From a virus: a stretch of DNA of 64,000 nt. The first letter of the stretch is position 1. Each line of letters opens with the position of its first letter. A model generated the notes under the pieces. That model was not told the DNA's origin. It made no database searches and worked only from the letters and a program-made list of their open reading frames with translations. The stretch covers positions 32,876 to 96,875 of the IMG/VR virus record IMGVR_UViG_3300017605_001488; one strand, given 5' to 3'. The position numbers and the translations under genes are program-made. Below, piece after piece: positions 7,720 to 17,704 of the stretch.

Positions 7720-10407
7720 TTACGCGGCTTCCTTGTATTTTTCGAGCGAGCCCCACGCACGCCCGACCTCAATGTCGACCTTGAGCTCCACGTCACCGGA
7801 CGGGTACGACTCCATGATGCGCTTGACCTGATACGCGACCTCGGGCACGGCGTCCTCGCGCACCTCGAGCAGCAGCGAGTCGTGCACCGGCAAGCACAAC
7901 ATCGCCGGCACGGCGTCCTCGCGTAGCCAATCCACCACGTCGACGATCGACCGCACGCAGTAGTCCGATGCCGTCCCCTGGATCGGGGTGTTCACGGCAC
8001 CGTTCTCGGCGGTGATGCGCTGCCCGTCGTCCTCGTCCGCGATGCGATGCAACGACCGGCGGCGCGCACGTTCGCCGTCCCACATCGTCCACGACTCGCC
8101 GGTGCGTCGCGATTCGGACAACCGCTCCTTGCACCACGCGGCCAGCCGCACGAACTTCCCTAGGATGGCGTCCATCACGCGTTGAGCCTCGGCAACGGTG
8201 CACCCGAGGTTCGCGGCCAACGTGCGCGCCGTCATGCCGTACAGCACGCCAAAGTTCACGGCCTTCGCCTGCGCACGGTGCTCCTTACCGACCTGCTCCG
8301 CGGTGATGTGCCACAGCATCGGCGCGACCATCTGCGCGGTGCGCTTGTGAAAGTCGACGCCCGACCTGAAAATCTCCTTCATCACCGGGTCGTTCGACAA
8401 CATCGCCGCGATGCGCAACTCCAGCTGCGAATAGTCCGCCGACAGCAGCAAGTACCCCGGACGCGCACAGAAGCAGTCGCGCGCCATCTTGCCCTCGGGT
8501 CCCTTGTACGTGGGCGATTCCGGGTCATCGACGCGGGGGATGTTCTGTAGGTTAGGGTCCTTGCACGACGTGCGACCGGACCGCGCGCCGTCGAGCAGAA
8601 TCGACGGGTGGATGCGCCCGTCTGGGCGCACGTGCGGCAACATCCCGATCGCGTACGTCGACCGCATCTTGGTGATTCGCCGGTACTCGAGCAACGCCGG
8701 GATGAGCTCGTGCTCGCCCTCCAGCTCCTCGAGCGTGTCCTTGTCCGTGCTCTCGTTGTCGTTGTCGGTGATTCGGATGACACGCAACCCGAGGTCCTTG
8801 AACAGGATCTTGCGCAGCTGCGGTGCCGAGTTCCAGTTCACGTTCGGGAAGTACGAGTCGAGGCGGCGCTTCGCGTCGAGCTCCTTCCCCTCCAAGTGCT
8901 TGTCGAACATGATGATGGCACCGCGGTCGGTCGGGATTCCCCACCGTTCGACCTGCGCGATGGCCGTGCTCGCACCGGCCACGATGCGATCCCACACCCG
9001 CTGCAACGGCGGCACCGCCGCGAGCGCCGGCTCGAACACCTCGCACAACGCCGTCGTCGCGACCGCGTCGCGCGCGTTGTATCGATACACCACGTCGCGG
9101 TTGGTGTGGTCCAGCACCGCGTACACCCACGAGTCGGAGTCGTGCGCCCAATTCTTGTTCTTCGACGTGCCGTGCGACTTCTCACGCACGACGGGCTCGA
9201 GCTCCGCGTCGATACCCAACGTCGACAACGGCGGCGGCGGCACCGGTGGCACGGGCGGCTTGCGCGTCTTGCTGTTGGCCAGCTTCGCCGGGTACTCGGC
9301 CAACGCCTTCTCGTACCGCTTCTCGGCGGCCATGATGCCGCGCACCTTCTTCACGGCCTCGACGGAGTACCGATCCTTTTCTTCCTTCATGCCGCCCATC
9401 CCGACGAGCTCGCACATGCGCGCGAGGTCGGCGGCAGCCTCGGGGTCGAGCAGCTTGCGCCACAAGCGCGTGTCGCCATCGAGACCACGCACGCGGGCAT
9501 CCCACTCGAAGTCCGCCGAGTTCTCGTCGTACTTCACGTTCTGCCCACGCTTGCGCGCGCCAACGTCGCGCAGGTACTCCAGCATGATGTCGACGGCTTG
9601 CGGGTCGGCAAACGCCTCGCCACCCCACAGGAATGCATCGCGCTCGCCCTGTGGACAGAACGAGATGCACACGATGCGGAACGACGGATCGTACATGAGC
9701 CCGGCGGTTTCCACGTCGAACGACGACCACGGGAACGAACGCAGGTACTTGACCGCGAGGCGCGCGTCGTCGGCGTTCTCGACGACGTGCACGACCCCGT
9801 CCCATGGTGGCGTCGACACGTTCGCTTTGAGCGCCCACGCCATGTCATCCTCGAACCACTGGCGCACGAATCGGTTTCGTAGCGCCGCCGACGGATGGAT
9901 GACCAGGAACACCGGCACCGGTTGGCGCGTGCGCGCGAGGAATGAATACCCGCGCCGGGTCGAGAACGGCGCCACCGCCCGACCCAACACGGAATACGCC
10001 GCCCATCCACCCACGCACACGATGCGTGTGGGCTCCGCCTCGATGGCGGTCTTGGTCAGGTACCCGCGGCACGCCTCGATGTGCGGATCGTCGGGACCAT
10101 CACGCCCGGGAAAGCACCGCACCGCGTTGTCGTACGCAACGGGACCCTTCCAATGCTTCGCGATCGTCTCGCGTAGCAACTTCCCCGACTTGCCGATGAA
10201 CGGTCGACCGATGGCGTCTTCGTTTCGGCCGGGCGCTTCCCCCACGACGAGCAAACCACCCGCCTCACCCTCGGCGTTGATGCACACCGTCTTTGGCCGC
10301 CCAATCTCCGGGAGGTTGCACCGACGGCATGCGTGGTCGACGTTGAGGGGTTCGGCGAGTTCCAACGCCACGGCGGGTGGCGACTCGTACAGGGAAAGGC
10401 GGCGCAC
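7720..10407 (-). CDS. polA: family A DNA polymerase with N-terminal family-4 uracil-DNA glycosylase domain and 3'-5' exonuclease
   Basis: UDG: CRRC, VGEAPG, PFIGKSG, NAVRCFP, HPSAALR; Exo: FDVET, NVKYD, YNARDA; Pol: GRTSCKDPNLQNIP, DYSQLELR, AKAVNFGVLYG, NTPIQGTA, VHDS. Confidence 0.95.
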   Translation of the reverse strand: MRRLSLYESPPAVALELAEPLNVDHACRRCNLPEIGRPKTVCINAEGEAGGLLVVGEAPGRNEDAIGRPFIGKSGKLLRETIAKHWKGPVAYDNAVRCFPGRDGPDDPHIEACRGYLTKTAIEAEPTRIVCVGGWAAYSVLGRAVAPFSTRRGYSFLARTRQPVPVFLVIHPSAALRNRFVRQWFEDDMAWALKANVSTPPWDGVVHVVENADDARLAVKYLRSFPWSSFDVETAGLMYDPSFRIVCISFCPQGERDAFLWGGEAFADPQAVDIMLEYLRDVGARKRGQNVKYDENSADFEWDARVRGLDGDTRLWRKLLDPEAAADLARMCELVGMGGMKEEKDRYSVEAVKKVRGIMAAEKRYEKALAEYPAKLANSKTRKPPVPPVPPPPLSTLGIDAELEPVVREKSHGTSKNKNWAHDSDSWVYAVLDHTNRDVVYRYNARDAVATTALCEVFEPALAAVPPLQRVWDRIVAGASTAIAQVERWGIPTDRGAIIMFDKHLEGKELDAKRRLDSYFPNVNWNSAPQLRKILFKDLGLRVIRITDNDNESTDKDTLEELEGEHELIPALLEYRRITKMRSTYAIGMLPHVRPDGRIHPSILLDGARSGRTSCKDPNLQNIPRVDDPESPTYKGPEGKMARDCFCARPGYLLLSADYSQLELRIAAMLSNDPVMKEIFRSGVDFHKRTAQMVAPMLWHITAEQVGKEHRAQAKAVNFGVLYGMTARTLAANLGCTVAEAQRVMDAILGKFVRLAAWCKERLSESRRTGESWTMWDGERARRRSLHRIADEDDGQRITAENGAVNTPIQGTASDYCVRSIVDVVDWLREDAVPAMLCLPVHDSLLLEVREDAVPEVAYQVKRIMESYPSGDVELKVDIEVGRAWGSLEKYKEAA

Positions 10408-11088
10408 TCATCCACCCATGACTTCGAGCGTGCGCTCGATGCGTTCGGCGAGGTTCGGGATGCGTGAGATGATGGCGACCTCGCTCTTGAGCGCGGTGCA
10501 CCGTTCGACCAGCTTGTCGTTCGGCACGCCCCGCTGGCGCATGTGCTCGATGATGTCTTTGAGCTTCGTCGTCGACCGGATGTAGTCCATGTCGAGGTCA
10601 CCCGCGACGGCGGGCGGCGCGGTTTCGACCTTGGTGGGCAAGATCGGATCGTCGTTGCTCACGCCAGGCGGTGCGAGCTGCAACGGTGCGCCCGGCTTCT
10701 CACCGGTCGCCGTGACGGGCGGCGCCTCGACAACCGGTGTGGCAACCGCGGGCGGCGGCGCAGCGGGGGCGGCGTCGGCCTTCTTCTCCGCGGGCGGCGG
10801 CGTGGCGATCGTCTTGTTCGATGCACGCGTGCGCGTTGCGGGCGGCGTCGCGGCCGGGGGTGCGGCGGCGGTCGCCGGTGCGGTCGCACCGTTGGTGCCG
10901 TTCGGTTTGGGCATCTCGACGACGGGCGACAGCTGCACGTCGAGCGGCTTCGCGGTCTCGAGCAGCGCCAACACCCAGCTCACCTCACCGAATGCCAACG
11001 GCTCCACCGTGAGCTTCGCCCCATCGAAGCGCACCTTTCGCACCGAACCGTATAGGGTGACATTCGCCTCAAACGCTGTGATCTCCAT
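10408..11088 (-). CDS. hypothetical protein with Pro/Ala-rich linker
   Basis: AAGGAGG RBS; folded termini joined by a low-complexity linker. Confidence 0.75.
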   Translation of the reverse strand: MEITAFEANVTLYGSVRKVRFDGAKLTVEPLAFGEVSWVLALLETAKPLDVQLSPVVEMPKPNGTNGATAPATAAAPPAATPPATRTRASNKTIATPPPAEKKADAAPAAPPPAVATPVVEAPPVTATGEKPGAPLQLAPPGVSNDDPILPTKVETAPPAVAGDLDMDYIRSTTKLKDIIEHMRQRGVPNDKLVERCTALKSEVAIISRIPNLAERIERTLEVMGG

Positions 11089-11129
11089 GATGGTCCTCCT
11101 TGGGCACCGAACCCACTTACGCGAACGCC

Positions 11130-12020
11130 CTACGGTTCAATACGTACAGCGTCCCAACAATCCAACGACGCCATGGCTGCCGCACGAACCGCGGCCTGGC
11201 TTACTTCATCGGGGTCGACCTTGGGCGGGAATCGAATCGCTCCGGCTCGATGCCCATCGAGACGCAACCGCAATGCGGCGGCGTACCCTGCCTCCCATTC
11301 ATCGCCGTCGGGCACGAACACCTTGGGGCGCGGTGCCTTTGCGACGGCGTCCATCACGCGATCGTCCGTTACTTTGCCGAGCGCTCCGACCGCGTTGGGC
11401 AAGTGCGCCATCGCATCGAACCCACCCTCCATCACGAGCAGCGGCTCATCGGTCGTGACGGACAACGCGCGACCGTTGAACATCACACCGTGCCGATCGC
11501 CGACGGGGTACAGGTACGGCACGTCGCACTTCTTCACCCACGCGCGCGCGATGAACCACGCCCACTTGTTGGGGTCGTCGTACTCGAAGATTGGAATGAT
11601 GACGCGACCGGCGAACCGCCCGATGACGCACGCGCCGAGGCGATGCTCGATGATCTGCTCGTCTGTGATTCCGCGGGCGTTCAGGAAGTCCCACGCCGGC
11701 TGCAACGATTCGGCGTCGTGCGTGCCGTCCTCGCCGAGGAAGTAGAACCCCTCGGGTTGCTCGATCGGCTTCGGCGGCGGCTTGTCGCCCTGCTCGACGG
11801 GGTCGTACTCCTCCGGCGGATGCGCCAACCGACCACGCGCCTCGCATCGATAGCACTCATAGCGCAACGACAGCACCGAGAACCCGAAGCTGCGTTTGCG
11901 ATCGGACTTGCCCACACGGTACTCGCACAACGGGCAGTCGATGCGGATCCACCCGGTATCCGACACGCGCCGCCCAATGACGGCACTGGCAATCAAGTCG
12001 TCGAAGAACGCATCACTCAC
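11130..12020 (-). CDS. DNA primase (zinc finger + TOPRIM)
   Basis: CPLC/CYRC, FLNARGI, GRVIIP, EGGFD, PDGD, DPDE. Confidence 0.88.
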   Translation of the reverse strand: MSDAFFDDLIASAVIGRRVSDTGWIRIDCPLCEYRVGKSDRKRSFGFSVLSLRYECYRCEARGRLAHPPEEYDPVEQGDKPPPKPIEQPEGFYFLGEDGTHDAESLQPAWDFLNARGITDEQIIEHRLGACVIGRFAGRVIIPIFEYDDPNKWAWFIARAWVKKCDVPYLYPVGDRHGVMFNGRALSVTTDEPLLVMEGGFDAMAHLPNAVGALGKVTDDRVMDAVAKAPRPKVFVPDGDEWEAGYAAALRLRLDGHRAGAIRFPPKVDPDEVSQAAVRAAAMASLDCWDAVRIEP

Positions 12021-13417
12021 GGCTTGAGCCCCTTGAGCGCCACAGCACTGTCGTACGCGGTGGCGTACGGGTCGTTGTCGTAGAACCCAAACGGCGCGAT
12101 GCGCGCACACGCGAAGTCGGTGGGCAACGGTCCGATGGTTTGCCCGTTGCGACCGAGGCGGTTCTTGAACACGTGCAGCTCGACTTGCTCCTGGTCGCGG
12201 AGGTTGATGGACACCCCGTAGTCAGCGGTGCGCGGCTTGCCCATCGAGTCCGCGGTGTCATCGATGTCGAGCTTCTTCGTCGCCTTGTTCTTCCCGTCGC
12301 CGCGTCGGGACTGCGATGCGGTCGCCGCCCATCGCTTCCCGTCGCGTGCCCACACGAACATGTCCTCGTACACCGACCCGCTGGCCGTGTAGCTGTTGTC
12401 CTGCGCGCGTTCGCTGATTCCTTGGGCGCGCATCTTGTCCGCGTAGTCGACGACCAGGACATCCATCTGCGCGCCCCACGCCTGCTCCGTGTCGCGAATC
12501 CATCCGCGCAACGTGCCCATCGTGGTCGCCTTCGGAGTGAACGACTTGACGGTGATGGCGCCCATCCCCGGCCGCCCGAAGATTTCATCGAGCCGTTCGA
12601 TGGCACCGCACGCGTAGGGCTCCTCGATGATGGCGTCGATCGGGATCCCGGTGAGGCATGCCTTGACGCGTGCAAGCCAGATCGGCACCGGGAGCTCGAG
12701 CGTCGCCACGCCAACGCGGAACCCTTGCAGGCACGACGCTGCCGCGTGTTGCGTGAGCGACACGGACTTGCCGCCACCGGACGGCGCGAGATAGTACAGC
12801 AACGTCCCGCGCATCCACCCACCGCCGAGCGAATCATCGAGCTCGAGGATTCCCGACTTCAGACGTTGGATGGTCTTGAGCCGTTCGAGGTGTTCAAAGC
12901 TACCCGGCCCGATGGCGACACCGACCGTGTCCTCGTACTCGCCGAGGTGCTTGGCCTTCTCCAACCGTTGCATCGCACCGTGCACGTCACCGCGCCGCTG
13001 GTATTCCGACAGCCCGGTCTCGATCGCTTCGCGCTCCATGCGCCGCTTGAGGATGGGCACGACCTCGGCGAGCAGCGCCTCGTCGGATACCATCGCACCG
13101 GCATCCTCGGCGGCATCGAAGTAGTCCGCGACCGCGACGATCTGATCGTGCGTCACCTTCCCTTCGGACATCCACCGCCGCAACCGTTGCATCACCACGA
13201 CGGTGCTCTCGGGACCGGTGCCGCGTTCGCGCGCGACGATGGCCGCCGCTTGGATCGCGAGCTTCGCCGACGGTGCTGCCAAGCAATCGGCCTCGACCTC
13301 GACACCGATGAGCGACCACGTCCGCGGGTGGCTGCACAGCACATACACGAGAGCGCGCTCGAACGTCGGGTCGAAGTTGAACGGCTCGCGACTACGTTTG
13401 ATTGGAGCAACGTTCAT
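12017..13417 (-). CDS. DnaB-like (SF4) replicative helicase
   Basis: SGILELD..LGGG, Walker A APSGGGKS, TLE, LVVDYAD, TASQ, KNRLG. Confidence 0.9.
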   Translation of the reverse strand: MNVAPIKRSREPFNFDPTFERALVYVLCSHPRTWSLIGVEVEADCLAAPSAKLAIQAAAIVARERGTGPESTVVVMQRLRRWMSEGKVTHDQIVAVADYFDAAEDAGAMVSDEALLAEVVPILKRRMEREAIETGLSEYQRRGDVHGAMQRLEKAKHLGEYEDTVGVAIGPGSFEHLERLKTIQRLKSGILELDDSLGGGWMRGTLLYYLAPSGGGKSVSLTQHAAASCLQGFRVGVATLELPVPIWLARVKACLTGIPIDAIIEEPYACGAIERLDEIFGRPGMGAITVKSFTPKATTMGTLRGWIRDTEQAWGAQMDVLVVDYADKMRAQGISERAQDNSYTASGSVYEDMFVWARDGKRWAATASQSRRGDGKNKATKKLDIDDTADSMGKPRTADYGVSINLRDQEQVELHVFKNRLGRNGQTIGPLPTDFACARIAPFGFYDNDPYATAYDSAVALKGLKP

Positions 13418-14871
13418 CACCAGACCCACTCCCCCGCGTACACCTTGTTGGCCAGATCGTCGTTCATCAGCTTGGCGGCTTCCTGCACCGACGCGATGAG
13501 TCGCGCCTGGTGCTCGATGGTCAACACCCCGGACACGCACGCACTGATCTGCTCGTCGGTCGCGTCACCCGGCAACGTGCGCAACGCGCGGTCGAGACGC
13601 GCCTGTCGTTGCATCAGCTCCCGCCCCGCGTCCGAATGCAACACACGCCCACCGCTGTAGTCGCTCGACACGGAACGAAACCACCCGCGCCGCTCCTCGA
13701 TGCGCTTCGGCGAGAACGCCCACGGGATGGGCATGGCTCCCTTGTTCTCGTGCTCGAGCCACACGTCCATCGAGAACGCACACCACGCCGCCGGCGCGAT
13801 GTCGTGCGCGATGAACACCTCGGCGGCCTTCACCAACAACCCGAAGTGCTTGCTTTGGGTGATGTGCCCGGCACGTTCCGACCGGAACGACCAACACCGC
13901 TTCTTCGTACGAGCCTCGACGGCACCTTCGAACCACCGTTGGAGCAAGTACGCCTTGCGTCCGGGGATGTCGGCGGGGTCGAGCAACGGTGGGTTTGGGA
14001 TCATCACGGGGGCAAGGTTCAGCACGGACACGGGACGCGGCACGAGCGGGTGCCGTTCACCCAACGCGACGGGATGCAACCGAATCGGGGCAACGTTCCC
14101 GCCGAGCGAAGCCTCGACGGTGTCGTCCTTACGCGCGAGCTCGGTAGCTTGCCGGATGACGGCCGCATGGTCGCGACGAGCCGGACGGTCGGGGGGTCGG
14201 GGCATCGATGTCGTCCTCTCCCCCGAAGGGGGAAAACGCGGCGCGCAGTCGCCGCCTTCATTCTCCGAAGGAGAATGAACGAGACCAAGAGACTGAGAAT
14301 GTAAGAAAGCTGGGGGTGCGTTTGATTTCCGGTCGGGGGTGTCTTTGAATTCCCCCGGGGGTGCCTTTGATTTCGACCCCACGGGCCGTCCGGCACCCGC
14401 GCGGGCACCGCCGCGCTTCTCCGCGTTGAGCCACACCAACGTCGTCCGTGGGATGGCACACCGTCCGCTCGCGACGACGTACGGCGGGCACCCGAGCACG
14501 CGTCGCACGTACATGAGTTCTTCCCCGTGCCGCGTCGACACCCGCCGCCATCCAACGGGCACGACCAACCCCGCCCGCACGAGCCGGTCGATGGCGTCCT
14601 TCGCCATCGCGTACTTGATGCCGTTCCGCTCGAGGTCAGACCGTTGCATGAGCAGTACGCCAGTGCGCGGTTCGCGTCGGGCGCACATCAACGTCCACAC
14701 GAGGTAGGTCGTGTTCCCCAACCGGCGCATCAACCGCGCCCGATCGACGCTCATGCTGCCGGCGACCACGCGCGCCAACGACGGCGGGATTGCTGCCGAT
14801 CGCGCGTCGGGGGGCACTCCGCCCTGCGGCTGCCGAGTCGGCGCCGCTTGTGACTTCGCCGGTGCGTTCAC
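13417..14871 (-). CDS. putative replication initiator (N-terminal wHTH-like region, internal iterons)
   Basis: Directly upstream of helicase with TGATG overlap; AIDRLVRAGLV HTH-like segment, RGGARAGAGRP motif, internal DNA direct repeats. Confidence 0.6.
   Translation of the reverse strand: MNAPAKSQAAPTRQPQGGVPPDARSAAIPPSLARVVAGSMSVDRARLMRRLGNTTYLVWTLMCARREPRTGVLLMQRSDLERNGIKYAMAKDAIDRLVRAGLVVPVGWRRVSTRHGEELMYVRRVLGCPPYVVASGRCAIPRTTLVWLNAEKRGGARAGAGRPVGSKSKAPPGEFKDTPDRKSNAPPAFLHSQSLGLVHSPSENEGGDCAPRFPPSGERTTSMPRPPDRPARRDHAAVIRQATELARKDDTVEASLGGNVAPIRLHPVALGERHPLVPRPVSVLNLAPVMIPNPPLLDPADIPGRKAYLLQRWFEGAVEARTKKRCWSFRSERAGHITQSKHFGLLVKAAEVFIAHDIAPAAWCAFSMDVWLEHENKGAMPIPWAFSPKRIEERRGWFRSVSSDYSGGRVLHSDAGRELMQRQARLDRALRTLPGDATDEQISACVSGVLTIEHQARLIASVQEAAKLMNDDLANKVYAGEWVW
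14271..14375. repeat. putative replication origin: three 19-bp iterons plus adjacent A-rich tract
   Basis: GGGGGTGCGTTTGATTTCC (14312-14330), GGGGGTGTCTTTGAATTCC (14335-14353), GGGGGTGCCTTTGATTTCG (14357-14375); purine/A-rich 14271-14310. Confidence 0.7.
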
Positions 14872-15192
14872 CGGGGACTCGTGTGCTGAAGAAGCGCTCG
14901 CAGGGTGCGCTGGAACGCCGGGTGGTGAGTTCGACTAACGTGCGGTTCGGACGAACACCGCACCGTCACTCGCCCACGCCGTCCCGGCGAACGCTTCCTC
15001 AGTACACGAACATGTCCGGATGATTGCACGGGGCGGTCCGATCTGCCAAGCGGGCGGTGCGGCGGGTTTCCAGTCCCGTCGCGGTGCTCGACATGGGGCA
15101 CTATGCATCAGCCTAACCCCGCAGCGCAACCGTCGCGAAACCAGCGGCTTTTCCCGATGAACGTGCGTGCACGCATGAACACGCGCCCGGTG

Positions 15193-16686
15193 TCAAGGCC
15201 ACTTTTCGATCGTGGTCGTATGCCCCTCGCCGAGGTAGGCATCGCGCCGCTCCTTCGTGTGGTGCTCGAGCCACTTGCACCCCGGGTGGATTCCGAACCC
15301 TTCGTGGCCCATGAGCTTCGCGGCCTCGCGGCAACCGCACCCGGTGTCGGCGATGTCGAACACCTCGAACGTGTTCTTGATGACGTTCCCCGCGGCGTCC
15401 TTCTCGACACGCATGCCGCGACCGATTCGCTGCAACGTGGCGATGACGGACTTGCCGCCGCTCGCAACGACCACCGATCGCAGCTCGGGCACGTCCATGC
15501 CTTCTTGAAACACGACCGAGCACACGATCACATCGAGTCGCCCGGCGACGAGGTCGCGCACCTGGCGCTGCCGCTGCTCGGTGTTGTGCGTGCCCCACAC
15601 GAACGCCGCGCGCAGCCCGGCATTCCACAACGCGCGCTCGATGGCCTTGCCGTGCTTGACTTCCTTGACGAACACGAACGCCGGCTTCTCGGCCTTGAGC
15701 GCCGCCTGGACCACGACCTTGTTGCGGTGCGCACTGCCGACGATGGCCTCGCGGTATACCGCGGCCCACGTACGCGCGTCGCTGCGTTGCGGGACTTCGA
15801 CCATGCGAATGTGTGGCTTCGCGAGCACACCGCCATCAATGAGCTCCGACGTGCGGGTACGGTGAATGATCGGGCCGAGCGTCGCGATGGCCAACATCGA
15901 TCGGCGGTCACCGCGCGCGAGCGGCGTGCCCGACAACCCCACGCGGTAGTACGCCCGCTGAAGGTTGTGCACGACCGACCAGAACGAATCTGCTGGCAAT
16001 ACGTGGCACTCGTCGACGATGACGGCCTCGACCTCGTTGAGCAGGTTGAACGCGCGCTGGTCACCGCGCTTGAGGGCGGCGGCGATGGTTTGGAACGTTG
16101 CGCACGTGAACCGGTCACCGACGGACCATTCGCCCTCGCCGATGCGCCCGACCATCTTGCCGGTCAACCGGTGCATCGCCTCCTCGGCCGCGGTGAACAT
16201 CGACCCGTCGAGCGCGCGCTGCTCGTAGCGCCGCGCCGCCTGGTCCATCAACGTCGACCGGTGCACAACGAACAACGTCTTGCACCCCCACACGCGCACG
16301 CATCCGACGGCGAGCTCCGTTTTCCCCGCGCCGGTCGGCTCCCACAAGATGCCCACGTCGTGCTTCACCACGGTACGCACGGCGCCGTCCTGGTAGTCGC
16401 GCAGCCACGCAAGGTCCGCGTTCGGATCGAACCCCGGCGGGCGCACGCGCTTGTCGACGATCTCGACCTGCATGCCCTCCTCGCGTGCGGCATCCACGAC
16501 CATCGGCACGAACCCCGACGGGAACGCGTCCGTCAGGATGTTGTACATTTGGATCTGCTTGCGGGATGACCGCCGGTGGTGCGCGGTCGGATCGGGGAAC
16601 GCTAGGTACTCGCGCACGAACCGCCGTTCGTCGTCGGTGCCCCGAATCACGCGGCTGTTGAGGATGTGCCGTTCGATCCACATCAC
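15193..16686 (-). CDS. superfamily 2 (DExH, UvsW/ResIII-like) helicase
   Basis: LRDYQ, PTGAGKT, DECH, SGT, EGMDVP, QRIGRGMR. Confidence 0.93.
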   Translation of the reverse strand: MMWIERHILNSRVIRGTDDERRFVREYLAFPDPTAHHRRSSRKQIQMYNILTDAFPSGFVPMVVDAAREEGMQVEIVDKRVRPPGFDPNADLAWLRDYQDGAVRTVVKHDVGILWEPTGAGKTELAVGCVRVWGCKTLFVVHRSTLMDQAARRYEQRALDGSMFTAAEEAMHRLTGKMVGRIGEGEWSVGDRFTCATFQTIAAALKRGDQRAFNLLNEVEAVIVDECHVLPADSFWSVVHNLQRAYYRVGLSGTPLARGDRRSMLAIATLGPIIHRTRTSELIDGGVLAKPHIRMVEVPQRSDARTWAAVYREAIVGSAHRNKVVVQAALKAEKPAFVFVKEVKHGKAIERALWNAGLRAAFVWGTHNTEQRQRQVRDLVAGRLDVIVCSVVFQEGMDVPELRSVVVASGGKSVIATLQRIGRGMRVEKDAAGNVIKNTFEVFDIADTGCGCREAAKLMGHEGFGIHPGCKWLEHHTKERRDAYLGEGHTTTIEKWP

Positions 16687-16964
16687 CGCCCCGCGGCGCT
16701 TTCCTTCATCAGCTTCTTACCTTCGGCAATGAACGCCTCGCGCTTCTTCTCGCACAGCGCAGCCATGGTCTCGTTCCCGTCGTTGCGGAAGTACGCGGCG
16801 GCGGACTTCATGTCGACATACAGTGCGCGCCCGTCGCGCGTGCCGTCGATGTGCCCGTCGTTGACGAGCCGGTGGATGGTGGACAGGGACTTGATGAGCA
16901 CCTTCGCCACCTCGGCCGCCGGGCCAAATCCCTTCTCCAACATCATCGGGTTCCGTGCGTACAT
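16683..16964 (-). CDS. HTH DNA-binding protein (excisionase/HTH_17-like)
   Basis: AGGAGG RBS; AEVAKVL..SLSTIHRLV..G.I.G...GR. Confidence 0.7.
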   Translation of the reverse strand: MYARNPMMLEKGFGPAAEVAKVLIKSLSTIHRLVNDGHIDGTRDGRALYVDMKSAAAYFRNDGNETMAALCEKKREAFIAEGKKLMKESAAGR

Positions 16965-16974
16965 CGCTAACCTC

Positions 16975-17694
16975 CTACGCGCCATCGATCAGCCGCATCA
17001 ATCCCACGGCGAGGTCGGCCCCTTTGCCGCCGCCCGCCTTGCGCAACGCCCGCTTCACCCGTGCGAGGTCTGCTCGTGTCCCGAACGTGAGTTCGAGCAC
17101 GAACGGCTTGATGGGTGCATCGGAGTCGTCGGGCACCGCGCCCATCTCGGGCGTGATGTCCAACGACGCGTCGACGGTGGTCTTGACGAGGTCGGCGATC
17201 TCGCTCGGGGAAAACCCGGTCAAGCTCAGGTCCTCGATCGACCACCCATCCGCGTGCATGTCCGCCAACGTCGACGCCACCGCCGACAGGTCGAGCTCGC
17301 CGCGTAGTCGGTTCATTCCGATTTGGGCGATGCGTGCCTGTTCGGCATCCATGCCCACGACGACGCACGGCAACTCCGTCATCCCGTTGGCCTCGGCCGC
17401 ACGCACGCGGTGCCATCCGTCGACGATGACGAACTTGCTGGCGAGCCGCATCGTCGCCTCGACGGCGGCACGGAACTCCTCGATGGTGCACGACCCCTGC
17501 TCGGGGAGCTCGATCGTCTCCTCGCCCTCGTCGATGGGTCGGACGAGCACCGGTTGCACGAACCCGATGCGCAACATCGCCGCTTGCAGCGTGTCGCGCT
17601 TCTCCTGGTCCATGCGATTCGGGTTCTCGGGCGGGTCCGCCAGCCGCGAGATCGGAATGCTGATGATTCGGGCGCTTTCGTAGCTATCGAACAT
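16975..17694 (-). CDS. ParB/Sulfiredoxin N-terminal-like domain protein
   Basis: NPNRM, GFVQPVLVR, IVDGWHRVRAA, MNRLRG. Confidence 0.85.
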   Translation of the reverse strand: MFDSYESARIISIPISRLADPPENPNRMDQEKRDTLQAAMLRIGFVQPVLVRPIDEGEETIELPEQGSCTIEEFRAAVEATMRLASKFVIVDGWHRVRAAEANGMTELPCVVVGMDAEQARIAQIGMNRLRGELDLSAVASTLADMHADGWSIEDLSLTGFSPSEIADLVKTTVDASLDITPEMGAVPDDSDAPIKPFVLELTFGTRADLARVKRALRKAGGGKGADLAVGLMRLIDGA

Positions 17695-17704
17695 GGCGGT
17701 GATA

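Noticed and set aside
8489-10585. Long plus-strand ORFs (also 32064-34154, 43060-45393, 46566-49169, 22272-24074 and others)
   Set aside because: Antisense shadows of well-supported minus-strand genes in high-GC DNA; no recognisable motifs
14312-14375. CRISPR mini-array
   Set aside because: Repeats are separated by only 3-4 nt, lie inside a CDS, and no cas genes are present
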